A stretch of 64,000 nucleotides of DNA. It comes from Patescibacteria group bacterium. GTDB taxonomy: Bacteria; Patescibacteriota; WWE3; UBA101185; UBA10185. Below the pieces are notes generated by a model. It saw only the letters and a list, made by a program, of their open reading frames with translations, had not been told where the DNA came from and did not search any database. Each line of letters opens with the position of its first letter. The first letter of the stretch is position 1. This document shows positions 49,187 through 58,934 of the stretch, piece by piece. The stretch lies in NCBI GenBank assembly GCA_016926555.1, contig JAFGOI010000008.1, positions 12,821-76,820 on the forward strand, in the 5' to 3' direction. The translations under genes and the position numbers were made by a program.

Positions 49187-50686
49187 CTAACTAACCCATG
49201 CCAGTATTAAATCCTCAGTAACAGCTTCATGTTCTTGTGAATTTTCAAGATAACTTTCCCAAGCCAGCAAATGCTTTTTTAGTCTTTTACTTAAATACAA
49301 CTTAGAAGTTGCCTCATTATGCCGATATTCCTTGCCTTGGGAGTATGACTGAACAAACCTAGTTATACAATGAGTGCTCACAGCACTTAAGGTGGTACCC
49401 GATTCAGCCGGACTTACAGCTTCACTGGCATCTTCAGGATTGTCCATAGCATCCAGCTCTGCTACTTCCATTTGAATTACTTCAAAATCCTCAGTCTTCT
49501 TGATAATTTTGGGGCTTTCATAATCCTTTTTAATCAATTTGGCATTTACCCAAGCTACATATTCCCTAACATAATCGACCCGTTCCTCTTGCGGCATATC
49601 CTCTAAAACAGGTACTAATTCCGATAATATAGTAGCTTCAGCTTCACCTAATTTTTCATGGGCCACTCTTTCCTGAATTCTTGCGCGCTTGATATCTTCG
49701 TAGACTTCTTCAGCCATATCCCAAATCTCACCTGAAGAAAACGGAGATTGTTGTATATTTACTGTTCTAAACAAATCAATATAGTTATAAAGCACACGCT
49801 GTTCTTCTTCCTCGCTTAATGCCGCGCCATAAGAAGTCTCAAAGTTATCCTGTCCAAGAAGATTTCTGAGTTTTGCTACCTCAGCTCCTAAAACAGAATC
49901 AGATCGGATCAACTCCTTATACCGATCAAACGAGTCTAATCGTCTGAGAACACTTAAATCCGGTATTTCCCGATTTGCGGGTAACACAAGTACTTGTTCT
50001 AGATCGTCCGCAACACTGAGATAAATCTGTTCTTGTTCTACTGCCATTTCCGCGCTTAATACCCGATCTAATCCCACCCGCGCTAATCCTTCCGGAGACA
50101 TTTCATTTAATGCGTTTACAATTTGCCTCACGCCATAGCGCGCGCCTCGGTCTTCACTTAACTGCTTGAACGCTCTTCTGCTGAGCAAACCCAACTTTGC
50201 CTCTTTAATACCAGTTACTTCTCTCACACCCGCCTCATTAAGTCCAACTTCAGCCACATCCGGATCTCTTAATCTCTCAAGATTCCCGGATAATCCGTAT
50301 TTACGCGGTTCGTGAAAAATCCTAACTATAGTCTCTGACAGTTCGCGCTGATCAGTCTCCGCGATTTCCGAACCAGACATAATTAGAGCTTCAAATAAAT
50401 ATCCCGCGACATAAGCTTTTTCAAATGGTTCGGTCGAGGGTCTTTTTTCATCCGGATTAAACTTCTCGAAATTTACCCATGCCTGCTGAATATCCTGCTG
50501 CATTCTGTCAATAAAATCTACATGTAATCTCTCTAATGCCGTTCTTTTCTCTGTAGCACTTTCAAGTCCTCCACCACCAGCCAAAGACTCTAAAATGTCC
50601 ATATATTTATCGACATCAAGACCAGCAGTATCCTCATTCTGACGAGGTTCATCTCTGGGGAACATATCATTATAAAATCCACTCAT
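49187..50686 (-). CDS. Hypothetical protein with a putative PD-(D/E)XK nuclease-like domain
   Basis: Motif order GYLFE ... RDPDV ... IKEAK ... KQL. Confidence 0.5.
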   Translation of the reverse strand: MSGFYNDMFPRDEPRQNEDTAGLDVDKYMDILESLAGGGGLESATEKRTALERLHVDFIDRMQQDIQQAWVNFEKFNPDEKRPSTEPFEKAYVAGYLFEALIMSGSEIAETDQRELSETIVRIFHEPRKYGLSGNLERLRDPDVAEVGLNEAGVREVTGIKEAKLGLLSRRAFKQLSEDRGARYGVRQIVNALNEMSPEGLARVGLDRVLSAEMAVEQEQIYLSVADDLEQVLVLPANREIPDLSVLRRLDSFDRYKELIRSDSVLGAEVAKLRNLLGQDNFETSYGAALSEEEEQRVLYNYIDLFRTVNIQQSPFSSGEIWDMAEEVYEDIKRARIQERVAHEKLGEAEATILSELVPVLEDMPQEERVDYVREYVAWVNAKLIKKDYESPKIIKKTEDFEVIQMEVAELDAMDNPEDASEAVSPAESGTTLSAVSTHCITRFVQSYSQGKEYRHNEATSKLYLSKRLKKHLLAWESYLENSQEHEAVTEDLILAWVS

Positions 50687-50744
50687 AAAAAAATTATATT
50701 ATGTCAAGTTGAAAATAACAAAAATATAATATATCATCCTCACG

Positions 50745-51269
50745 ATGACCTATAATATACCAGACTACAAAAGGGCAGTAATTGAGGCTGAAAAAATCCT
50801 AGATGAACTTGGATATGATGAGCCACCTGTATCACCACTGGAGATCGCTGAATATATTGGGCTTTCAGTTGTTCAAAATGTAAGTCTACAGTTACCAACT
50901 CCAACTTATATAGAAAACAAAAGGGAAATCGCTGCCAGGCTGGACGGACTTAATAAAACAATCTTTGTGAATACACAACAGCCCCCTAAAAACATGATAT
51001 TTGCAATAGCTCACCAAGTAGGTTACTTCGTGCTTAACAAGCAAAAAGTTGTAACAGATATCAATTCTGTTCGACCATTATTAAGAGGCAAAGAATTATT
51101 AAACCCAAACATAGATGAAATGAAAGAGGCTTACCATTTTGCGGCTAATCTGATGGTGCCATTTGATATGCTAAAAAAATATCGGAAAGAGTCAAATTCT
51201 GTGCTATCTACTATTTTTACGGTTCCCGTTACGGTAATTAATTATCAATTACAGGAGTTCCGAAAATGA
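50745..51269 (+). CDS. ImmA/IrrE (DUF955)-like protein with a degenerate HExxH motif
   Basis: PPVSPLEIA, FAIAHQVGY and EAYHFAANLMVP. Confidence 0.75.
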   Translation: MTYNIPDYKRAVIEAEKILDELGYDEPPVSPLEIAEYIGLSVVQNVSLQLPTPTYIENKREIAARLDGLNKTIFVNTQQPPKNMIFAIAHQVGYFVLNKQKVVTDINSVRPLLRGKELLNPNIDEMKEAYHFAANLMVPFDMLKKYRKESNSVLSTIFTVPVTVINYQLQEFRK

Positions 51270-51586
51270 TCCAACACGACAACAAGGATATTAAAGAAGT
51301 AATAAGTGACATTACTATTGAATCTCAAAAAAAGCAGCTTGAGATAAGAGAAAAGGAAGAAGTTTTGGAAATGAGACGTAAATGGGCAAATTTCTTTAAG
51401 GGAATCGTGTTAGTTATACTTTTTTTTGAAATCATTATCACATTTTTAGTCGGCTCAAATCTTATGGTTTTTGAAGATGAGTGGTTCTTAAGGATTATTA
51501 TCACAGGGGGATTTGCACAAATAATGGTAATGCCTTTCACACTAACTAAATTTTTATTTAACGTTGAAAACAAAGATACAAAGTAA
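51266..51586 (+). CDS. Small two-TM membrane protein coupled to the IrrE-like gene
   Basis: ATGA overlap at 51266-51269; two hydrophobic helices. Confidence 0.75.
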   Translation: MIQHDNKDIKEVISDITIESQKKQLEIREKEEVLEMRRKWANFFKGIVLVILFFEIIITFLVGSNLMVFEDEWFLRIIITGGFAQIMVMPFTLTKFLFNVENKDTK

Positions 51587-51676
51587 AATAAACTAACGAC
51601 CTTCTATTGTCCTTTATCCAGCTACAATGCGGATACTCTCTTGCTATATGAAACCTAATATCATAATATTACTTAT

Positions 51677-54073
51677 ATGCCCGTTCAAGAAAGCATAAGT
51701 TCATTGGCTTCCAATTATCCTGGACCGGGTACCCCAGGATACGAACTTGTACCTCCACCTCTTCCAGTAGGAGATCCTCAAAAAGAACAACCTGGCGTGC
51801 GCAGAGAACTCCCAGCAGACGTGCAAGGAATCATTGATGCAACCGGACTTGAAGTACGTGATGCGGAGATAATGCCTACGGGCATATCCCAAACCCCCGC
51901 AGAATCGCGGGAACAACCCGTAAGTCTTCTTCATAGGATTAAACAGCAAGAACGTAAGGCCATGGAACAGGCTAAGGCCCCCACAGAGCAAGAGAGACAA
52001 GCTTTACAAAATGCACGTCTTGCAGGTGAAGCTTTTCAATTAGTAGTCGATAAATGGAGACGTGAGGGTGTTAGTACCACGTGGCTAGAAACTCTAAGAT
52101 TTGCTGATGTTCAATTCATAGTAGACCAGCTAAAAGAAATTGAGAGTCATGGAATTCATGTGAACGGAAATATTAGACAGGCTATTTCAGAAGGGGTACT
52201 CAATCTTCAAAATTCCGGTCCTTATTACTATCTGGCTGAAACACCTAATAAAGCTGCTGACCAGGCAGAACAACAAGCTCAAGACGAGAAACCAATTACG
52301 TTGGAGCAGTTCAATCAGACAGTAGCGGAACTAAAACTAAGAAGACAAGACGAATTAGCCGCTATAAACGGGGAATTGGCGGAAGATGGAGTATCAGGAT
52401 ATGACGCCATAAAAAGTCTATGCAGAAACACTTCACTGAAAGCCGGTCTAGAACTAGATCCTCTGGTTATACAATTAAGTAACAAACCCGAACTATACGG
52501 AGCGCTTAAACATTCTGTTGAAGAAACAATATGGAATGGTATGGAAAAATCTGGATTCCTTAAAATACCTGACGACAAGGATGGAATCTGGCGACGGAAA
52601 CTAGAACTGGGCGCAAAAATATCTCGGGCAAAATATACGACACTGCGTGAACAGCTTGAAGATGCTGATGTGATGGAACTCCCTCCTGGAACTCAATATT
52701 ATTTAGCTGCTGAAGCATTAGGTGAAGATATTAGGAGGATAAGAGAAACAAGTGATTTCGGGCCACTTCGACAAATTGCGAGACACGCCCTTAACTGGGT
52801 ACACGAAAGAGATGAATTCGCAGGAATTGATGCAGAACGAGGAGTATACAACGGAGAAGCAATAACTAGAATAGCCACGGCATCGAATATGCCTCATTTA
52901 TTCCCAGGTGTTGCTCAACATAGGATTGATGCACAGAAACCGCCAGGAGTATATAAAAGAGCATTCGTGGATATATACAATGATGGTAGCGCGTGGCAGA
53001 CTCAGGCAGAAAAACAAACCCGATCAACGGATCCCAGCATAGAAACAACACAGACTTGGGCAGCCCAGCTTCAGGAAATGAGACAACTAGTCGAGCTAAC
53101 AGCGGGCACTCCTGAGGAGGCTATAGAAACCTTAGCCCAAATTGAGGTCCTGGAAGCATTAGCATTTGCATTGGAACAAGTCCAAGTTGCTGACATGGAA
53201 AAAAAGATAGAGGAGAGAAGAGCAATATTTAAACAAGCATTAGGTGACGGATATGGGTGGTTTGACGCAGATTCCGCAGAGAACACAATGAACGAGGCAC
53301 TAAACAGATGCAGACCTCCTAATACACACAACCTCGAACTACTTTTTATGAACCCTGCAGACACAAATGAGCGCGGTCAATCAGAAATACTAGTTGACTC
53401 TGAAACTATTCGAAACAGAGTTGAGAGCCACTTTGGCACTTTATATGGTGGTCGAGAAAGCGCAACTTTCCGAGAACTGGGTATACATCTTGGGGATCAG
53501 TTTTTTGAAAACGTACCCCTCTTACTAAATATTCTAATTGAGGGAGGTATGTCCCCCACACAATCAGAGGAACTAGTAACTTATATGTTAATACAACACT
53601 TTGAGGCTGAAGCTCAAAGCCATAGAATGGGCCAGGAGCAAATGCAAAGTGCAACAATAGCAGCAGATTTAGGAAAAGTCAGAGGTTTATTCGATGAAAT
53701 TCAAAAAGAAGCTGAAGAGGGAACTCCGCCTGAACAAATACGTGCCGGTAGAGGAATGCACACTGTTCTAGACCTATCCGAGGAACGATGGACACAAGCT
53801 AAAGAAACCATTGCTCTACTTATTACTAAAGCGGAAGCTGCTAATACGAGACGTTGTGAACAGGCATTGGAACAGATGGAAGAGGCACGTGGGCAAATAG
53901 CTAGGGAATCAGAAACCCCGCAAACTACTGAAGCGGACACAGTTAACACTAGATTATCCGCCGTCCTAGAAAGAATTTCACCTGAGCGACTAAATTATGC
54001 TTTAGGACCAGCAGGATGGCTAGCTGCGCGAGAAGAGGAAAAGATAGCAAAAGAACAAAATGAGCTAACCTAA
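51677..54073 (+). CDS. Large Glu/Gln-rich helical hypothetical protein
   Basis: 798-aa open ORF with a Pro-rich N-terminus; no motifs recognised. Confidence 0.75.
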   Translation: MPVQESISSLASNYPGPGTPGYELVPPPLPVGDPQKEQPGVRRELPADVQGIIDATGLEVRDAEIMPTGISQTPAESREQPVSLLHRIKQQERKAMEQAKAPTEQERQALQNARLAGEAFQLVVDKWRREGVSTTWLETLRFADVQFIVDQLKEIESHGIHVNGNIRQAISEGVLNLQNSGPYYYLAETPNKAADQAEQQAQDEKPITLEQFNQTVAELKLRRQDELAAINGELAEDGVSGYDAIKSLCRNTSLKAGLELDPLVIQLSNKPELYGALKHSVEETIWNGMEKSGFLKIPDDKDGIWRRKLELGAKISRAKYTTLREQLEDADVMELPPGTQYYLAAEALGEDIRRIRETSDFGPLRQIARHALNWVHERDEFAGIDAERGVYNGEAITRIATASNMPHLFPGVAQHRIDAQKPPGVYKRAFVDIYNDGSAWQTQAEKQTRSTDPSIETTQTWAAQLQEMRQLVELTAGTPEEAIETLAQIEVLEALAFALEQVQVADMEKKIEERRAIFKQALGDGYGWFDADSAENTMNEALNRCRPPNTHNLELLFMNPADTNERGQSEILVDSETIRNRVESHFGTLYGGRESATFRELGIHLGDQFFENVPLLLNILIEGGMSPTQSEELVTYMLIQHFEAEAQSHRMGQEQMQSATIAADLGKVRGLFDEIQKEAEEGTPPEQIRAGRGMHTVLDLSEERWTQAKETIALLITKAEAANTRRCEQALEQMEEARGQIARESETPQTTEADTVNTRLSAVLERISPERLNYALGPAGWLAAREEEKIAKEQNELT

Positions 54074-54121
54074 CCCAAAATCTACTGCACCATAATCTCA
54101 TTCAAATGTTATTATGTTTAT

Positions 54122-55042
54122 GTGAAATCTGCCTCTTTTTATATTAAAACTGTATGTGTATCTTTATCGCTTTTTATAGAATCCTATATTCTTCTTCAGC
54201 TCATTTATGACTTGGTTTCATTTCACAACAATATAGAATTTGCTCTTGATATAGCAATAAAAGTTATACTCGTTATGCTACTTCTTATCTATACCTTTTC
54301 ACTAAGTATTGGCGCGTGGTATAAGTGGGAGCAATATATAATGGTGATAATTCCTATAATATTAGCCATATTTATTAAACTATTTATTTCAAACTCCAAA
54401 TATATACTTTCAACGTGCTGTATTGCTACTTTGCTGCTTGCATATGAAATTAGAAAATCCACTAGACTCAAAAACCTTTTAATAAAAGTCGATCCTAAAA
54501 TTATTATGAGATTTTCAGCAAAGAGTCTTTTGCTTCTTTTCTGTATTCTTGGCGGAATCATCAGTCTTATTGATCCAGATATGAAAAAAAGCTTTGATTT
54601 AGGAGAAAGAGTAGCAGAACTGTCGGGAAAACATGTCGAAAAATATTTAGACAAACAAATCTCGGAGCAAATACTGGAACAGGACTACGATGTAATAGAA
54701 GATGGCGGAACTGTTGTTTCTGAAGGCTATGAAATACCGGCGAAAGCCGAAATTTATGATGGATTTTATATTGACCTCCGTGAACTTTACGAAGATAAAG
54801 AACCTACTCAAGAACAACTAAAGTCTTTCATAAGCAGAAAAGTAAACGAAGCGACAGAACAGTATAAAGAGTTCTTTCAACCAATACTATCCTTGGTAAC
54901 ATTTAGTGTATTGCAAATATACGCCCTGATAGCTTTTTTCCTGTATGGACTAACGATAGATTTAATATTCTGGACTGCAAAAAGACTAAAATTAGTACAT
55001 ATACATACGGAAAATGTTGAGAAAGAAAATCTTATATTTTAA
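54122..55042 (+). CDS. Hypothetical polytopic membrane protein
   Basis: About 6 hydrophobic segments. Confidence 0.7.
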   Translation: MKSASFYIKTVCVSLSLFIESYILLQLIYDLVSFHNNIEFALDIAIKVILVMLLLIYTFSLSIGAWYKWEQYIMVIIPIILAIFIKLFISNSKYILSTCCIATLLLAYEIRKSTRLKNLLIKVDPKIIMRFSAKSLLLLFCILGGIISLIDPDMKKSFDLGERVAELSGKHVEKYLDKQISEQILEQDYDVIEDGGTVVSEGYEIPAKAEIYDGFYIDLRELYEDKEPTQEQLKSFISRKVNEATEQYKEFFQPILSLVTFSVLQIYALIAFFLYGLTIDLIFWTAKRLKLVHIHTENVEKENLIF

Positions 55043-55712
55043 GTTCTGATACTTTCACTGCTTTTTCTAAAGTATATTCTCCAATTCGCGTTCGCACTAA
55101 ATCTACCAAAACTCCTCTTGTACCTAATTCATTGCCTAAATCAGCTGCTAACTGCCTGATGTAGCTTCCTGACGAGCACACAACTCTGCACTTTAAAACT
55201 GGCAAAGTTTTATTTCCTTTATTAGTCTCAAATTCCTTACTATAAACATCTAGAACATCAGACTCATATATATTTACTGTCTTTTTTTCCGGTTTGTATT
55301 CTCCCAATAGGTTTTTTCTCGCTTTTTTGTACAACGGCTTTCCTTTTACCTTTTTCGCTGAAAATTTGGGGATTTCCTGCTCAATTTCACCTTCATATTT
55401 ACTGAGCACTGCCGGAATTTCATTTCGTAACACTTCTTCCGTTACAAGGTTTTCACTCAGCACGGGTGTTTCTTCTAAATCAAGTGTTTCTGTAGAGGCG
55501 CCAAAAGCTATTTCTGCAACGTACTCCTTCTTCTGGTTCATTATTTCGCTTTGCTTCTTTGTATCTTTCTCCGTGAGAACTATAAGAACACCCTCCGCAA
55601 GCGGGTCAAGTGTTCCGGCGTGACCAGCTTTTTTTACTTTTAATAAGCTTTTAATTTTGGCGACAACGTCAAAACTCGTCCAGTTTTTTTGTTTGTAGAT
55701 ATTTAGAATCAT
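55032..55712 (-). CDS. truB: tRNA pseudouridine(55) synthase
   Basis: Motifs KAGHAGTLDPLAEGVL, KEY, FSAKKVKGKPLY and CSSGSYIRQLA. Confidence 0.95.
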   Translation of the reverse strand: MILNIYKQKNWTSFDVVAKIKSLLKVKKAGHAGTLDPLAEGVLIVLTEKDTKKQSEIMNQKKEYVAEIAFGASTETLDLEETPVLSENLVTEEVLRNEIPAVLSKYEGEIEQEIPKFSAKKVKGKPLYKKARKNLLGEYKPEKKTVNIYESDVLDVYSKEFETNKGNKTLPVLKCRVVCSSGSYIRQLAADLGNELGTRGVLVDLVRTRIGEYTLEKAVKVSELKI

Positions 55713-55867
55713 ATTCCGTATTATACTATTGCTATAATATTACCGAACACATACATACCCGTTAATATATAATCCACTTACAAAATCAGATCGGAGAGGT
55801 ATGTGATGATGGAAATAAACGAAAAATCTTGACCTCCCTTTAGGTTTATGAGATAAATTCATAGGTG

Positions 55868-55918
55868 ATGTATTACATTTACGCATACAACACAACAACC
55901 ATGACAACAACCCCGTAA
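55868..55918 (+). CDS. Putative Thr-rich leader peptide of thrS (MYYIYAYNTTTMTTTP)
   Basis: Manual translation; 6 of the last 8 sense codons are Thr; the stop lies in the loop of the CCCC-GTAA-GGGG hairpin, 78 nt before thrS. Confidence 0.55.
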   Translation: MYYIYAYNTTTMTTTP

Positions 55919-55996
55919 GGGGGAATTATTCTAATTAAACTTAATATTTTCTTTTCATTTAGACAAAAACAGGTAAAATTTAAAAAGGAGACTTAT

Positions 55997-57793
55997 ATGA
56001 ATAAACAAAAAGTAATAGACAAATTAAAAGACGATCCGTTGATGCCGCTTAGGCATTCCGCGGAACATGTACTTCACAAGAGTATGGAGATTTTATACCC
56101 GGGATTGCAGAAAGTTATGGGACCGCCAATAGAAGACGGATTTTACTTTGATTACAATTATGAAGGCAAGGTTTCCGAAGAAGATCTTTCCAAAATGGAA
56201 GCTAAAATGCAGGAGATCATTGACGCTGATCTACCTATCGTAGTAAGAAAATCTACATTCGATGAACTAAGAAAGATATTTAAAGACAATGAGTTTAAAC
56301 TTGAGCTCATTGATGACCTGGAACAAAAAGGTGAGAAGGTCACCGTTACCGAAATGGGAAAAGAGGGAGATGAGTTTTATGATATTGATCTTTGCGCGGG
56401 ACCGCATATTAAGTCTACAGGCAAAATCAAGGCTTTTAAACTTCTAAACTTAGCGGGAGCTTATTGGCGCGGGGACGAAAAAAATAAGATGCTGGGAAGG
56501 ATTTATGGAACCGCATTTGATTCCAAAGATAAATTGGGTAAATATCTTGAAAACCTAGAGGAAGCAAAGAAACGTGACCATAGAAGGATAGGCAAAGATT
56601 TAGAATTATTTATGCAGGATGATGAAGTGGGACAGGGTTTAATCCTATGGCTTCCAAAAGGAGCATACATAATGAATAAAGTTAAAGATTTTGCTTTCAA
56701 CACCTATTTGGATCGAGGATATGAACCAGTTTTTACACCCCATATAGCCAGCGAAAAACTTTGGTCTCATTCAGGACATTTAGATTTTTACTCAGAAAGT
56801 ATGTACAACCCATTTGGTATAGAAAATGAGCAGTATAGACTCAAGCCTATGAATTGCCCCTTACAAGTAAAGATGTACAACTACAGACCTAGAAGCTATA
56901 GGGAATTACCTTTAAGGTGGACCGAAATGGGCACTGTTTATCGTTACGAGAAAAGCGGCACTCTGCATGGACTAACCCGCGTGAGAGGATTTACCCAGGA
57001 CGATGCACATATAGTATGTACACCGGATCAGATCGAGGATGAACTTGTGAAAGCACTAGAATTAACTTTTTACATACTTGAGACAATGGGTTTTAAAGAG
57101 TTTGAATTACTACTGTCAGTAAGAAATCTCGCTGAAAAGGAAAAATACGTCGGAGACGACGGGGGCTGGAATATGGCCGAAAAAACTCTTGTTAAAGCAA
57201 TGAAGCGTGTGGGATGCACAGAATATACTGAGGATGCGGGCGGAGCTGTATTTTACGGCCCGAAAATCGACTTTAACCTAAAAGACTCTTTGGGTAGAAA
57301 ATGGCAGTTGTCCACTATTCAATTCGACTTTAACCTGCCGAGACGCTTTAATATGACTTATATAGGCGAAGATGGAAAGGAACACGTGCCCTATTTAATT
57401 CATAGAGCACTTCTTGGTTCACTAGAAAGATTTATGGGTGTATATATTGAACACACCGGCGGAGCGTTTCCCGTCTGGGTATGCCCGCAACATATAGAAA
57501 TAATCCCAATCAACGATAGTCATATCAAGTACGCGCAAAAACTGACCGAAAAACTTAGAGAAAACGGTCTTTTGGCAAAAATAAATGACAAAGACAATAC
57601 AATGCAAGCTAAGATACGTGACGCTCAGCTACAAAAGATCCCTTATATGTTCATAGTAGGGGATAGGGAAGTTGAAAGCAACACCGTAAGCGTAAGACTT
57701 AGATCAGGCGAAAACCTTGGATCAAAATCAATAGAAGAAGTAATGGGGAAAATTAAGAATATATATTTGACCAAGAGCCTTGAGTTGTGGTAA
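55997..57793 (+). CDS. thrS: Threonine--tRNA ligase (no N-terminal TGS domain)
   Basis: Motifs RHSAEH, DLCAGPH, RDHRRIG, KPMNCP, RVRGFTQDDAH and HRALLGSLERF. Confidence 0.97.
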   Translation: MNKQKVIDKLKDDPLMPLRHSAEHVLHKSMEILYPGLQKVMGPPIEDGFYFDYNYEGKVSEEDLSKMEAKMQEIIDADLPIVVRKSTFDELRKIFKDNEFKLELIDDLEQKGEKVTVTEMGKEGDEFYDIDLCAGPHIKSTGKIKAFKLLNLAGAYWRGDEKNKMLGRIYGTAFDSKDKLGKYLENLEEAKKRDHRRIGKDLELFMQDDEVGQGLILWLPKGAYIMNKVKDFAFNTYLDRGYEPVFTPHIASEKLWSHSGHLDFYSESMYNPFGIENEQYRLKPMNCPLQVKMYNYRPRSYRELPLRWTEMGTVYRYEKSGTLHGLTRVRGFTQDDAHIVCTPDQIEDELVKALELTFYILETMGFKEFELLLSVRNLAEKEKYVGDDGGWNMAEKTLVKAMKRVGCTEYTEDAGGAVFYGPKIDFNLKDSLGRKWQLSTIQFDFNLPRRFNMTYIGEDGKEHVPYLIHRALLGSLERFMGVYIEHTGGAFPVWVCPQHIEIIPINDSHIKYAQKLTEKLRENGLLAKINDKDNTMQAKIRDAQLQKIPYMFIVGDREVESNTVSVRLRSGENLGSKSIEEVMGKIKNIYLTKSLELW

Positions 57794-57797
57794 CTTA

Positions 57798-58334
57798 ATG
57801 CCGTTGAAATACGTTAGAAATAATAAAAGAGGTCCAAAACATATCATAAACGAAAGGATACGCGAAAAAGAATTACGGGTCATTCATGGAAAAGAAAACC
57901 TAGGTGTAATTACCAAGGAAGAGGCCTTGAAAATCGCTAAAGACAATGAGCTAGATCTTGTTTTAATAGCTCCTCAGGCGAATCCTCCGGTAGCAAAAAT
58001 CTTGGATTATAATAAGTTTCTATACGCGGAGAATAAGAAACAGAGTGCAGCAAGGAGTAAAGCAAAAAAAAGCGAGTTGAAAGAGTTCAAGATGCGACCT
58101 ACGACCGGATCCGGCGATATTAAAAGATATGTTGACCGGGCAAAAGAGTTTATAAAAAGTGGAAATAGAGTTAAAATGAGCGTTGTCATGCGCGGAAGGG
58201 AGAACTCCTTTCCTCAGGTCGCTTTTGACAAGCTCGGGGAAACAGCGGAGGAGTTAAGAGACGTCGCTCGCATGGAAGATGAAAAACCGAAAAGGACTGG
58301 TAGTACAATATGGGTTGTCTTTGTAAGTAAATAG
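57798..58334 (+). CDS. infC: Translation initiation factor IF-3
   Basis: Motifs INERIR, LDLVLIAPQANPPVAKILDY and RGRE. Start position uncertain. Confidence 0.95.
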   Translation: MPLKYVRNNKRGPKHIINERIREKELRVIHGKENLGVITKEEALKIAKDNELDLVLIAPQANPPVAKILDYNKFLYAENKKQSAARSKAKKSELKEFKMRPTTGSGDIKRYVDRAKEFIKSGNRVKMSVVMRGRENSFPQVAFDKLGETAEELRDVARMEDEKPKRTGSTIWVVFVSK

Positions 58335-58335
58335 C

Positions 58336-58551
58336 ATGCCAAAACTAAAAACAAAAAAAACACTTAAAAAGAGAGTGAAAATAACAAAAACAGGCAAGCT
58401 TGTGACAAAACAAATAAGAACGGGTCATTTGAAGAGAAAATGGTCTGCTTCTAAAAAGTCAAGAAAGCTAAAACCACAGACTATAGATAATTCTGGACAT
58501 AAAAAAATTATTAAGAATTTATTAGCCAAAGAAGGTAAGGGGGTTAAATAA
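58336..58551 (+). CDS. rpmI: 50S ribosomal protein L35
   Basis: MPKLKTKKTLKKRVKITKTGK; position between infC and rplT. Confidence 0.95.
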   Translation: MPKLKTKKTLKKRVKITKTGKLVTKQIRTGHLKRKWSASKKSRKLKPQTIDNSGHKKIIKNLLAKEGKGVK

Positions 58552-58907
58552 TGCCAAGAGTAAAAGGGGGGCCAAGAGCTCGTCAAAGACATAAAAAAGT
58601 CCTCAAATTAGCAAAAGGGTATAGAGGAACAAGAAGCACACTCTATAGACGAGCTAATGAAGCTGTTATCCGGGCAGGGGAACATAGTTTCAAAGGAAGA
58701 AAAGAAAGGAAAAGACAGTTCAGAAGACTGTGGATAGCCAGACTAAACGGCGCACTGGACAAGTATGAAATTAAATATAGCAAGTTTATCAACGCATTGA
58801 AAAATTCACATATTGACTTGGACAGGAAAACGCTTTCTCAATTAGCGATAGAAGACCCCAACGCATTCGAAAAAATTGTCGAAAAAGTAAAACCCAGCAT
58901 CAAATAG
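58551..58907 (+). CDS. rplT: 50S ribosomal protein L20
   Basis: Motifs MPRVKGG, KR.FR.LWIARLN and LDRKTLSQLA. Confidence 0.97.
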   Translation: MPRVKGGPRARQRHKKVLKLAKGYRGTRSTLYRRANEAVIRAGEHSFKGRKERKRQFRRLWIARLNGALDKYEIKYSKFINALKNSHIDLDRKTLSQLAIEDPNAFEKIVEKVKPSIK

Positions 58908-58934
58908 TTACTTCCTTGTGCTAAAATCTAACAC

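Noticed and set aside
55720-55996. T-box riboswitch upstream of thrS
   Set aside because: No GGTGGNACCGCG-like T-box sequence and no U-tailed terminator found.
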